This document shows, one piece after another, positions 12,648 to 22,479 of a stretch of 55,049 nucleotides of DNA. A program made the position numbers and the translations under genes. The notes beneath the pieces are model-generated. The model saw only the letters and a program-made list of their open reading frames with translations, did no database searches and was not told the origin of the DNA. Source of the DNA: Candidatus Woesebacteria bacterium GW2011_GWB1_33_38 (GTDB taxonomy: Bacteria > Patescibacteriota > Microgenomatia > UBA8517). Where the stretch lies: positions 99,615 through 154,663 of the forward strand of contig LBPF01000006.1 in assembly GCA_000990005.1 (NCBI GenBank), written 5' to 3'. Positions within the stretch are counted from its first letter, which is position 1; each line of letters starts with the position of its first letter.

Positions 12648-13132
12648 AAAGAAAAATTAACTCAGGTTTTAGTCTGGTGGAAATTTTAGTAGTTATAACT
12701 ATTTTTGCAGTTATTGGAATTCTTTCAACAAGATCAGTTTTTTTAACGCTTAGGGGTGCAAAGAAAAGTGATTCATTGATTAGAGTTAGAGAAAATGTAA
12801 ATAACGCATTCTCAGTAATAGAAAGACAAATTAGAAATGCTGAAAAAATAGATTGTCCGTCTACAGATACAACACTTTCCTACATATCACTAGAAGGAGT
12901 TAGTACAAGCTTTTCTTGTACAATTGGTGCCAATGGTTATATTGCTTCAGGTTCTGCCAAATTAACCTCAGATGATATTTCGATAACCTCTTGTTCCTTT
13001 GCTTGTTCTCAAGCAACTCAAAATGTGCCACCAATTGTAACTATTTCGATAGTTGCAGAAGATAATACATCAACCTCAGTTGAAAAAGGTACTGTAACTA
13101 CAGAAACGCAAATCACGGCTAGAAATTATTAA
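12644..13132 (+). CDS. minor pilin (PilW-like)
   Basis: SG|FSLVEIL. Confidence 0.85.
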   Translation: MKRKINSGFSLVEILVVITIFAVIGILSTRSVFLTLRGAKKSDSLIRVRENVNNAFSVIERQIRNAEKIDCPSTDTTLSYISLEGVSTSFSCTIGANGYIASGSAKLTSDDISITSCSFACSQATQNVPPIVTISIVAEDNTSTSVEKGTVTTETQITARNY

Positions 13133-13139
13133 ATTCTAA

Positions 13140-13239
13140 GGAGCGACTTCTGTCCATTTGGTGCGTTTAAACATCAGATTTGGAGGAAAAAGAAGAATTT
13201 GATCGGGTGCAAATTCAAAAATTTCAGAAGGGTTTATAA
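13140..13239. repeat. 100-bp direct repeat, left copy
   Basis: identical to 17666-17765; minus strand encodes INPSEIFEFAPDQILLFPPNLMFKRTKWTEVAP followed by TAG (13136-13138). Confidence 0.95.
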
Positions 13240-13252
13240 TGATAATTAAATA

Positions 13253-14884
13253 ATGTACAGTGAATCATCGTATAAAATAGAAATTGGTATGACTAAACCT
13301 TGGAAATTTCAAAAAAGAGATTATATTACTAATACCACACTACCTCACCTATTTGAAACACAAGTACTGCTTTATCCACGCTCCACAGCAGTAGTATTTA
13401 AAGGTAAACGTCTTACATATAATGAATTAAACATAAAAGCTAATCAGTTAGCTAGGTATCTTGTAACATTAGGAGTAGGACTAGAAAAAACAGTTATTGT
13501 CTCGTTGGATAGATCATATGAAGTTTATATCGCTTTAATGGCTGTTCAAAAAGCAGGTGGCGTTTATGTACCCATTGAACCCTTAAATCCTGAAAGTCGA
13601 TTAAAATTCTTGGTGGAAGATTGTAAACCAATTGTAATACTTACACAGAGTACAATGAAAAACAAGTTTAAAAATTGTAAACAAGAAGTTTTTTGTCTTG
13701 ATACCGATTGGTCCAAAATTGAGGATAAAAATGAACAAAATCTCAATGTAGATATAGGTGAAGACAACTTGTCTGATCTTATTTATACATCGGGTTCTAC
13801 GGGATTACCAAAAGGGGTACAAAGTACTCATAAAAACAGAATTAATGCGCTTAATGCGTGGAAAGAAATTTATAAACTTACCCACGAAGATATACTATTC
13901 CAAACAACAAGTTTAGGTTTTGATGTATTTACAGCCGATTATACAAGATCCCTTTGTTTAGGGGCCACAATGGTTCCATCTGAGGAAAATTTTACAATGA
14001 CTCAAAATGCCTCTATAGATAGAATGTATGAACTTTTAATTGAAGAAAAAGTAACTTTTGCCGAATTCAATGTTACAACTATTAGGAAATTATTTAGTTT
14101 TGTCAAAGCAAACAACAAACCTTTGGATTTTTTAAGAATTATTGTAGTAGGAGCAGATGCATGGTACTTAACAGAAGACAAAGAGTTATGCGAATATTGT
14201 CATGATAAAACAAAAGTCATTAATTCATATGGCATGACTGAGGAAGCGGTTGATAGCACCTATTTTGACAGATCAATGCTTAAAAATCCAAACGATCCAA
14301 TTTTAAATAACAAGAGTCTTATTGGAATTCCGTTTCCAAACACAAAAATTTATCTACTTAACGACAAATTACAATCAGTAAAAGAAGGTGAAATTGGCAC
14401 AATGTATTTTGGTGGCCCGAATACCGCTCGTGGTTATCTTAATCGTCTTGAATTAACACAACAAAGATTTATAAAAAATCCTTTTGTAAAAAATAATAAT
14501 GAAAAAATTTATAACTCAGGAGACTTGGCTCGTGTAATAGAAGACGGTGTTTTGGAATTTTTAGGACGAGTTGATTTTCAAGTAGAAATAAATTCAAAAC
14601 GTGTAGAAGTAAACGAGGTTGAGGCCGCTATTCATGAACATCCTTTGGTAAGAGAAGTTTTAGTTAGTGGACTTAAAAATACGAGTAAAGATACGGTATT
14701 GGTAGCCTACATTTCCTGCCATAAAAATAAAAAAATTGATACTGGCGAATTACGCTCTTTTTTAACTGAAAAATTACCCAGTTATATGATTCCCACTATT
14801 ATCAAGGTTTTGGATACTTTTCCTTTAAATGCCAATGGAAAAGTAGATAGAAAGATGTTACCAATACCTGATGAAATAGTATGA
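13253..14884 (+). CDS. stand-alone NRPS-type amino acid adenylation domain
   Basis: LTYNELN, YTSGSTGLPKG, FDVF, NSYGMTE, ARGYLN, SGDL, LPSYMIP, NGKVDR; ends without a carrier domain. Confidence 0.93.
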   Translation: MYSESSYKIEIGMTKPWKFQKRDYITNTTLPHLFETQVLLYPRSTAVVFKGKRLTYNELNIKANQLARYLVTLGVGLEKTVIVSLDRSYEVYIALMAVQKAGGVYVPIEPLNPESRLKFLVEDCKPIVILTQSTMKNKFKNCKQEVFCLDTDWSKIEDKNEQNLNVDIGEDNLSDLIYTSGSTGLPKGVQSTHKNRINALNAWKEIYKLTHEDILFQTTSLGFDVFTADYTRSLCLGATMVPSEENFTMTQNASIDRMYELLIEEKVTFAEFNVTTIRKLFSFVKANNKPLDFLRIIVVGADAWYLTEDKELCEYCHDKTKVINSYGMTEEAVDSTYFDRSMLKNPNDPILNNKSLIGIPFPNTKIYLLNDKLQSVKEGEIGTMYFGGPNTARGYLNRLELTQQRFIKNPFVKNNNEKIYNSGDLARVIEDGVLEFLGRVDFQVEINSKRVEVNEVEAAIHEHPLVREVLVSGLKNTSKDTVLVAYISCHKNKKIDTGELRSFLTEKLPSYMIPTIIKVLDTFPLNANGKVDRKMLPIPDEIV

Positions 14885-16326
14885 GTCAATTAAAATATCA
14901 TTCTCAATATATTGAGAGTCGAAACCGAATAATAGAAAATACAAGAATTAAAAGAACAGATTACCGAGAAATTCTTAATAATCATCTTCAAGTTATCTAT
15001 GGATACAAATTATTACAACCTAGTGATATTAACTCACTCTCGGGTGTTAACTTTCTTCTATCTAGTTCAAGAGGTGGCAGTAGTATTACTGTAGACATAC
15101 TCAAACAACAAGCTCAAAGCGTGTCCAGTGTTGGTAAAAGGATATTATTCTTACCTGGGGAACAAAGACCATACTTTGAATTAGCAAAATTAACTCCACC
15201 ATTTAAAAAAATATTATCTGATCGATTGGATAAAAGTTTTATAAATAAGGAACAAGTAGGATATTTTTTGTCTGAACTAACATCTGAGATAGGATATCCC
15301 GTCTCTCAAACAACCGACTTAAAAGGATTTGCAATTGCAATTTATGGTCGCCTATTGCTTCAATGGCCTAATATTAACTTTGGTGATCCAGATAACGCTA
15401 TACGGACGATCGAACTGGCTATCGAGAAAGTTAGTTGTGTGATCGATAATACATTGATATATAAAGACGAAGTTGTATCTCGGGAAAAATTAATGAACTA
15501 TATTAAACTTTATTTTTCGAAGATAGATTTAAGATTTTATGACAGTATAAATTCAAAAATTGATACATCGAGCACTGTAAGTTTTTCTCAATATGGTTTT
15601 TTTATTGAAGAGCCACCTTTTATTATACCTTCTCCTTGGCATTTTGCTTCGATTAACGATCTTTCTACAGGAATATTAATACTTAAAGACCCATCGGATG
15701 CTTGGAGAATTCCTTTTTGGAAATGGATATTTAATCGGATTCCACTTTCATACACACATCTTACCCGTAATGTATATGAATCCATCAACGGACTTTGTGA
15801 GGGATGGAATTTTCCATATGGCTATATTACTACTCGATCGCCTCAACCTATTCAAATAAAAGGATATACTTCGATTGAATTACCTTGGACAAGTTGGTAT
15901 GTTAATTATTCAACTTCGGACAAAGTATGGAAACTTCTTTTAAGTCATCAAGAAGTGTACTTAGAAAAGATCGTGGTACAACAATGGATAGATGCACATC
16001 AATCTATTATTAACCAAGTAGGAAATGATTTAAATTACTTTCGGTTATCTAGTAATAAGTATGAAGATAAAATTGGATTTGAATGGCTGAGATCTGAACC
16101 TATTGAAGCAATTTCGCAATTATGCAATATATTTGAATTTGAATTAACTTCTACTTTGCTTAAAGCCGCCCAACAGATTGCCATACACCAGGTACAAGTA
16201 ACACCTGGAACAAATGGTGAATCAAACAGATGGGAAAAGGCACCTAACCGTAATATGATTGCATTGTATGCGAATGATCCTGTAGTTGTTGATTTATCAA
16301 AAAAACTAGGTTACTCTACTAAGTGA
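14881..16326 (+). CDS. sulfotransferase-like P-loop protein
   Basis: FLLSSSRGGSS (5'-PSB-like), LILKDP and THLTRNVYESING (3'-PB-like) motifs. Confidence 0.6.
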   Translation: MSQLKYHSQYIESRNRIIENTRIKRTDYREILNNHLQVIYGYKLLQPSDINSLSGVNFLLSSSRGGSSITVDILKQQAQSVSSVGKRILFLPGEQRPYFELAKLTPPFKKILSDRLDKSFINKEQVGYFLSELTSEIGYPVSQTTDLKGFAIAIYGRLLLQWPNINFGDPDNAIRTIELAIEKVSCVIDNTLIYKDEVVSREKLMNYIKLYFSKIDLRFYDSINSKIDTSSTVSFSQYGFFIEEPPFIIPSPWHFASINDLSTGILILKDPSDAWRIPFWKWIFNRIPLSYTHLTRNVYESINGLCEGWNFPYGYITTRSPQPIQIKGYTSIELPWTSWYVNYSTSDKVWKLLLSHQEVYLEKIVVQQWIDAHQSIINQVGNDLNYFRLSSNKYEDKIGFEWLRSEPIEAISQLCNIFEFELTSTLLKAAQQIAIHQVQVTPGTNGESNRWEKAPNRNMIALYANDPVVVDLSKKLGYSTK

Positions 16327-16332
16327 TTATAT

Positions 16333-17157
16333 ATGCAAAAATCTATTTTTCTTCAAAATGAAGGACACACCTTGAAGGAAGTTGTAATGTGCTCTCCTGC
16401 CAAAGAATATTTTCTTGTTGATAAACAAGCGCAACATAATATCACTGAATTAGCAAATAGAGAAAAAGCCATAAACCAGCACAATCATCTAGTCAAATTA
16501 ATTGAAAAATTTGGTGCAAAGGTATTATTAATCAACGAATTAGTAAAGCATCCAAACTCTGTGTTCACTCAAGATACTGCAGTATCAACCCCCTATGGCT
16601 ATATAAGATTAAACATGGGTTTATTAAGTAGGGTTGGTGAAGACGTATGGATGAGTCAATATTTAAACAAGAGAAACATTCCTCAAATTGGTTCGATTGT
16701 CAATTCTGGAACAGTAGAAGGGGGTGATGTAATTCTTGGAGGTAACATTGCTTTTGTGGGTATTTCTACCAGAACAAACGAAAATGGTGCCTTTCAAATG
16801 AGATATCTACTCGAAAAAGAAGGATATGTGGTACGGATTTCAAAAATTCCTTCACCCTTTTTACATATTGGTGGAGCCATGAGCATAATTAATGAAGATA
16901 CAATACTTTGTGTAAACAAAGTCTTCCCAAGTGATTTTTTTGCCGGTTTTCAAACAATAATGATTCCAAACGACGGTTTTATAAGTGGTAATGTTATTAC
17001 TCTTGGAAAGAAACATTTGATTGCCAATAAAAACAATTTAAACGCAATCCAAAAACTTAAAAAGGCTAATTTTACTGTCTGGGAATGTAATTTATCTGAA
17101 TTTACAAAAGGTACAGGAGGTCCAAGTTGTTTAATTATGCCATTGAAAAGAAAATAA
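16333..17157 (+). CDS. amidinotransferase / arginine deiminase / DDAH (pentein) family protein
   Basis: PNSVFTQD, EGGDV, LH, EFTKGTGGPSCL with catalytic Cys. Confidence 0.88.
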   Translation: MQKSIFLQNEGHTLKEVVMCSPAKEYFLVDKQAQHNITELANREKAINQHNHLVKLIEKFGAKVLLINELVKHPNSVFTQDTAVSTPYGYIRLNMGLLSRVGEDVWMSQYLNKRNIPQIGSIVNSGTVEGGDVILGGNIAFVGISTRTNENGAFQMRYLLEKEGYVVRISKIPSPFLHIGGAMSIINEDTILCVNKVFPSDFFAGFQTIMIPNDGFISGNVITLGKKHLIANKNNLNAIQKLKKANFTVWECNLSEFTKGTGGPSCLIMPLKRK

Positions 17158-17161
17158 GGTA

Positions 17162-17665
17162 TTATTTTAGATAAATACACCTTCCTGTAAAAACTCTTTG
17201 GAATTCTTTGAAGGTTATTTTTAAATTATTTTTATACTTGCCTATATTCCGAGGATCATGAAGCATTAAATCTGAGTTATTTATTCCCACAATGACGCAA
17301 AGATGACCTGTAGATGATAGTAGTTTATTTTTAGGGATATATATTCCTTTTATAGAAAGATTATTTACTTTGGGTACTATGAGTGAAACTATAACAGGAT
17401 TATTTTGTTTGACACTTTCAATTATTTGTAAAAAACTTTGTTCTCCCGCGCGATAAGCGTGAAGACCAAATTTATTTAAAATTGAAATTAGGCTATCGTG
17501 TTTCCACCCAATATTGTCAATATAATTATCTGAATTTTTATATTTATATGCTAATTTATTAACTTTCAGGAAAACATTTGTTTTATAGGCAACCAACATC
17601 GCAATACAGGCGATTCCACAATTATTAGGTTGAGCCTCTATGTAAGGTACATTTAAAATGGTCAT
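17162..17665 (-). CDS. C39-like papain-fold peptidase
   Basis: LNVPYIEAQPNNCGIAC, GHLCVIVG, HDP; ATG overlaps upstream TGA (ATGA). Confidence 0.85.
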   Translation of the reverse strand: MTILNVPYIEAQPNNCGIACIAMLVAYKTNVFLKVNKLAYKYKNSDNYIDNIGWKHDSLISILNKFGLHAYRAGEQSFLQIIESVKQNNPVIVSLIVPKVNNLSIKGIYIPKNKLLSSTGHLCVIVGINNSDLMLHDPRNIGKYKNNLKITFKEFQRVFTGRCIYLK

Positions 17666-19571
17666 GGAGCGACTTCTGTCCATTTGGTGCGTTTAAACAT
17701 CAGATTTGGAGGAAAAAGAAGAATTTGATCGGGTGCAAATTCAAAAATTTCAGAAGGGTTTATAACGACCCCCTACCGTTAAAGGCGATCGTACCAGATG
17801 TATTAAAAGTTCCATCTGTTAAATACATTCCTTCAATATTAGTTACGTTGGGATTGATAGTAATATTACCAGATACAAAAGCTACAAAAAAACCCACACC
17901 ATTATCAAGTGTAATATTACCGTCAATATTCAAATTTCCGTCTATAAAGTAGATTACTTTTCTGTTACCAAAATTAGTTGTGTTGAGAGTGGCGGTGGGA
18001 TTTGAAATTATATTCCATTCATAACCATCATATGTATCTCCATTCCCTACTACTGCATCTGGTATTAGGGCTTCAAAATAGGCATAATCAAAAATCCTTG
18101 GTTGGGAGGTTAATGTATTTGCATTCCATGAAAGAGAGGATATGCCGCCACTTACGGTATCTAAAGAAGTCCCATATACAGGAACTCCTGGAAAACCACC
18201 AGCTCCATCAGCTATAAATACATTATCACTTGGAACTTCTGAAATTATATCTTCTTCTGTGGTTACATCCCCATCCACTACCTGCCACCATGGAGAGTTT
18301 GATGGTATAGAGTCATTTACTGTTAAAATAGATGTATCATAACATAGGTCAACTACACCACCTACCCTTGCATAAGCTGTTATCGTTGTTACTTGTTGCG
18401 AATTAACATTATTAGCAATAGTTGCTGTAGTTGTATAAGTTGGGCCTGAATTATCAGGAGTTGTAACTGTTGCCGCATTTGTGTTGCTTGATGTAAACCT
18501 GACAGATTCAACACTGCCATTTACAGGAGTAACTGTAGCAGTAAAAGTAACAGGACTTGCCCCCTCTGTGCGAATAAGATTGGATGGAGACAGACTAAGA
18601 GTACAAGATGGAGTATTGCTAGTAACATTAACAACGGTAGGATTTGTTGCGGTGCAACTTAAAACATTATCAAGATAGACATTTGAGCTAGCATTGGTAG
18701 TTCCCACACTAACAGGAGAAACACTTGTTCGATATGGATAACTATTTGTTTCAGAAGCAGGACTAACACTTGCTATACCTGTTGGGCTGGTGTTAAAAGT
18801 AACCTTGACATCTGTTGGGCTTGATAACCAAACATTAGTTGAAACAACTTCAGAGGTCAATAGTTGAGAGGGGCCTCCAATTCCAAAATTCATTGTGTTT
18901 GGGGATATTTCACAGGAAGAAATATCCTGTTTTATATTACTGCTTTTTGTACAACTTCCGGCTATATTCCAAACTTTAAAATAATAAACTGTGCCAGTAG
19001 CAAATAAATTTTTATTAACGATAAGTGGTGATGTGACATTAAGATCACTTACACACCCCACAGTTGAAAAGGCACATTTGGTATCTACATTTCCTTTGTT
19101 TTTGCCAAAGGCAATATCATTTCTATTACCACCCACACCACCATTGAAATTAATTGTTACCTTGTTTGCATTTGGCACTCCCCATTGAATTGATGTTATT
19201 GACGGCGTTGTTGTGGTACACCCCCCCGGCGGTGGCGTCCCCCCACCAATAATATTGCAATCAACAACTGAAGCGGTACAAAAGCATTTACCATTGTTTT
19301 TAACACAACTATCGTTACTTGAGCATATTCCCCATAAGGAAAGACAAGATTTGGTTTCGTTGTCCCAAACACATCGAACCTTTGTATCTATATAATCATA
19401 TATAACTTCACCACATTCACCTGTTTCAGGATTAGGATCAAAATCACAACGATAGATGTCAATTCTTACATATTCGGAACAGCTCTGGGAAAAGATACTT
19501 TTGGGGAAGACGCTGTTTATTATCAATAATATGAAGAAAAATATAAAAATACAAGCATATTTTATTTGCAT
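17662..19571 (-). CDS. large secreted Cys-rich / Ig-like surface protein, frameshifted near the 3' end
   Basis: signal peptide, Cys-rich N-terminus, Ser/Thr-rich beta repeats (FTSSNTNAATV); ORF stops at 17760 but a C-terminal peptide ending WTEVAP continues in another frame. Confidence 0.7.
17666..17765. repeat. 100-bp direct repeat, right copy
   Basis: identical to 13140-13239; same C-terminal peptide followed by TGA (17662-17664). Confidence 0.95.
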
Positions 19572-19631
19572 AATTTCATATTACACAATAAACTATATGC
19601 AAGCAACAAAAAATTAATATTGGAGATTGTT

Positions 19632-21086
19632 TTAGTGTGAAGATAAATAGCTAATCAATATTTTAAATCTCAAATCCAGAGTGTCTACTTGAGGATTCTG
19701 AAGTTGAGCTAACAAATCTTGCGCTTTGAACCATTCACCTGAACCATAGTATTTAATTTGCTTTCTTAGCCCATCTGTTTTAGTATTTATTGAAAAAGTT
19801 GATATTGCAGTTTCCGAAAATGATTGCCCCATAGGCATTAGAGCGTTCACATCATATCTTTCTCCTAATTCTTTTGATAGATCTACCTCATATCCAGACC
19901 CTTCCATTATAGACTTATTATCGGCTGAGAATAATATATCTAAAGTTTTACCGCCATCGTAGAAATATCTCATTGTAAAAAATGCTAAATCCATTTTTTC
20001 TGATCCGTCAGTGATCTCAACAATTTGATATTCTGTTAAATAGCCGTGAGGTATCGGAAGAATATCAACCTGATATTTGTCAATTCTTCCTAATATAATT
20101 TTATCCATTCTTACATTTTCACCTGCTATCATATCTTTTTGGCCATGGTCTTTAATCCAGCCTTCATAGGTTGTTTCTCCAACAGTTACATCATGTCTTT
20201 CCTGCCATTTTCCCCCTTCTGAAAATCTATAAATATTTGAATTTGTAGATTGATCAACTATGTACCAAACACCTGCAGTTTGTACTGTATTCCACTTTGC
20301 AGGGAGTTTGTCCATAATCTCTTGCGGGATGGCAGGATATTCTGGGGTGGGGGTTTCAATATGTGTGATATTTGCACTTACCTTAAACCCGCCGGGCATA
20401 CCGCTTTGTATATCTACATAGAAAGGATTATATCCATCCCACCCCTGAATAAGAGAAGTGTCTGATAGAAGTGGTGAAAATAATACACGACCAGTAGTAT
20501 TTGGAATTGGATAAGCTAAAACTGGTCTTTCAGTTTTTACAACTTGAAACTCTTCTGTAGGAAATCCATCTTCGTTATAAAGCCACACAATATTCTTTTT
20601 GGAACTATCTTCGGGCAAAGGAACTGTAACGGCAACTAACCTCTCCCATGTTGTCTTGTTGTCTAAATCGGTTTTTTCAGTATAAAGAGCAACACTTTGG
20701 ATGAGGATTTCGTCATCAAGCATAATAGCTACACCATTTCGTAGTTCTTCGTCTGATAATTCATACATAGCAAATCTAGATGTGGTATTGGTTGTGGTAA
20801 TTTGAAATACATCAGTGCCATTATCACCATATTTAGCTTTGGGTCTATCTTCTGGTAAAGAGTCTATTACCTTCGCTTTTTCTATCGGATTAGTTATTTC
20901 AGTCAAGACACCGTGGGCGGTAATAACTTCAATCGGTGGGACAATTTCAGTTGTTGGAGTTGGTTCAGAGGTTTGATCAACAGGAATCCAACCATTATTA
21001 CATGCCCATGCACTAAATGCTAGTGATGTAGCAGTAACCCCTCGAATTACCCATTTTGTTGCTCTGGCCAATTTTTCGTTGTCCAT
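19632..21086 (-). CDS. hypothetical exported protein / possible lipoprotein
   Basis: long ORF, hydrophobic stretch ending AWA-C, PTPT linkers; start uncertain. Confidence 0.6.
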   Translation of the reverse strand: MDNEKLARATKWVIRGVTATSLAFSAWACNNGWIPVDQTSEPTPTTEIVPPIEVITAHGVLTEITNPIEKAKVIDSLPEDRPKAKYGDNGTDVFQITTTNTTSRFAMYELSDEELRNGVAIMLDDEILIQSVALYTEKTDLDNKTTWERLVAVTVPLPEDSSKKNIVWLYNEDGFPTEEFQVVKTERPVLAYPIPNTTGRVLFSPLLSDTSLIQGWDGYNPFYVDIQSGMPGGFKVSANITHIETPTPEYPAIPQEIMDKLPAKWNTVQTAGVWYIVDQSTNSNIYRFSEGGKWQERHDVTVGETTYEGWIKDHGQKDMIAGENVRMDKIILGRIDKYQVDILPIPHGYLTEYQIVEITDGSEKMDLAFFTMRYFYDGGKTLDILFSADNKSIMEGSGYEVDLSKELGERYDVNALMPMGQSFSETAISTFSINTKTDGLRKQIKYYGSGEWFKAQDLLAQLQNPQVDTLDLRFKILISYLSSH

Positions 21087-21227
21087 ATTCTTAGTTACTT
21101 TATCTTCCAGTATTCCCTCCAAACCGACCTGCCACAAGCGCGAATTTAAAATATCCTTTATCATATTGGCAGTATTTTACCATAAATTATATGCTTATAT
21201 AATAACCTATAATATTCTATTTATCTT

Positions 21228-21509
21228 CATTTGTCAAATATTTGTAAACCTTCTTCTAAAGCCGTGGCAATCAACTTTTCCAAATTCGAATAATTACCCT
21301 TTTCCAGCCCATTTTGGGAATATCCAACCAAACGATTTTTTGTGGATTTGCTTAATTAACTCTGGAGTTATACTTAAATTTCTTTTACCAGCTAAATTAT
21401 CTATAAAATGTAGTCCTTTTGTTATACCTTCTATTTCTAATTTAATTGATTTGTTTCGGGGAATAATTCCAAATTTAGTGTCTTTGTATGATGTTGCTCC
21501 AAATATCAT
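21228..21509 (-). pseudogene. Fic-family toxin remnant with internal deletion
   Basis: ITPELIKQIHK..FGWIFPKWAGK N-half joined out of frame to GNYSNLEKLIATALEE C-tail; HPFxxxNGR core missing. Confidence 0.7.
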
Positions 21510-21682
21510 TAATTATTCAAGAAAAGTGATGAAACAAACTTTCTATTCACTCTTTCACCTTCCAGTTTAGTAGTTCTTACAATAATTTCAGGCATAATTG
21601 ATCTAAAAAAACTAAAGAATTGTTTATCTGTTGTTTTTTTTTGTAAATATTTAGTGTAATTGTTCTTAAATGTTTTAGTCAT
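21509..21682 (-). CDS. Fic antitoxin-like small protein (57 aa, not in ORF track)
   Basis: MTKTFKNN...IIVRTTKLEGERV..; (S/T)xxxEG inhibitory motif; TAATG overlap with the fic start. Confidence 0.7.
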   Translation of the reverse strand: MTKTFKNNYTKYLQKKTTDKQFFSFFRSIMPEIIVRTTKLEGERVNRKFVSSLFLNN

Positions 21683-21700
21683 GTCTAAATTATATCACAC

Positions 21701-21729
21701 AAAAAAACCTTCTTTGTGAGGAGGTTTTT
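21701..21729. terminator. intrinsic terminator after HEPN gene
   Basis: AAAAACCTTCTT-TGTG-AGGAGGTTTTT hairpin with A/T tails. Confidence 0.7.
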
Positions 21730-22102
21730 AAGTTTTTAACTTAAGTTTTTTATTATACAAGTTTTTTAAAACCTTTCCAATTTGTTTTTTTAGTGCTGGG
21801 ATGTCAGTCAACACTGTATCCCAAATAACATTAACATCTATGTCAAAATAATCATGAATTAATTTATTTCTCATACCTATTACAAATTTCCAAGAAACTT
21901 CGGGAAACAATTCCCTTATTGTTTGTGGAATTTTGTTTCCTGCTTCTCCTATAATTTCTATATTCCTCTCTACTGCATCAACCAACATGTGATTTTTGAT
22001 AAATTGATCTCTTGTTGTATTTTTTGTGTATTTCAGGATTTGAAGACAAGAAGTTTTAATATCAATTAAGTACAGTTTATAATCTTTTCTGTCGTTAGAC
22101 AT
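21728..22102 (-). CDS. HEPN-domain toxin (DUF86/HepT-like)
   Basis: [13 protein letters not shown] and [10 protein letters not shown] (Rx4H) motifs. Confidence 0.92.
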   Translation of the reverse strand: MSNDRKDYKLYLIDIKTSCLQILKYTKNTTRDQFIKNHMLVDAVERNIEIIGEAGNKIPQTIRELFPEVSWKFVIGMRNKLIHDYFDIDVNVIWDTVLTDIPALKKQIGKVLKNLYNKKLKLKT

Positions 22103-22400
22103 AAATTACTGATTTAAGAATATCATCTTTAATATAAGATTTTAGGCTATTTTTTGTTACTAAATCCACTTTTCTGCCTAATTTATCAGACAATTCATTT
22201 TCCATTCTAACCAGACTAAAATAACCCAAATTGCTTTTTTTGGATAGGTCTATTAATATATCTATGTCACTTTTTGGAGAAAAATCATTAAAAACAAATG
22301 AGCCAAAGATACCAATTTTTGAAACACCATAATTCTTGACTAAGTTAGCCTTATACATACTAATTATTTTTTTTGCTTCGTCCAAACTATTTACTTTCAT
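22095..22400 (-). CDS. minimal nucleotidyltransferase antitoxin (MntA-like)
   Basis: IGIFGS...[15 protein letters not shown]; overlaps HEPN gene. Confidence 0.92.
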   Translation of the reverse strand: MKVNSLDEAKKIISMYKANLVKNYGVSKIGIFGSFVFNDFSPKSDIDILIDLSKKSNLGYFSLVRMENELSDKLGRKVDLVTKNSLKSYIKDDILKSVIYV

Positions 22401-22479
22401 GCTGATATTATACCATCCCTTAAAAGAAAAAACTTCCAGAAATTAGCATACAGAGACAAATTTGTGTTATATTTAATGT

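Noticed and set aside
19218-19246. Two C6-7 runs in the surface-protein gene as phase-variation tracts
   Set aside because: Short and explained by the GGGTPPPGG linker; frame is intact there.
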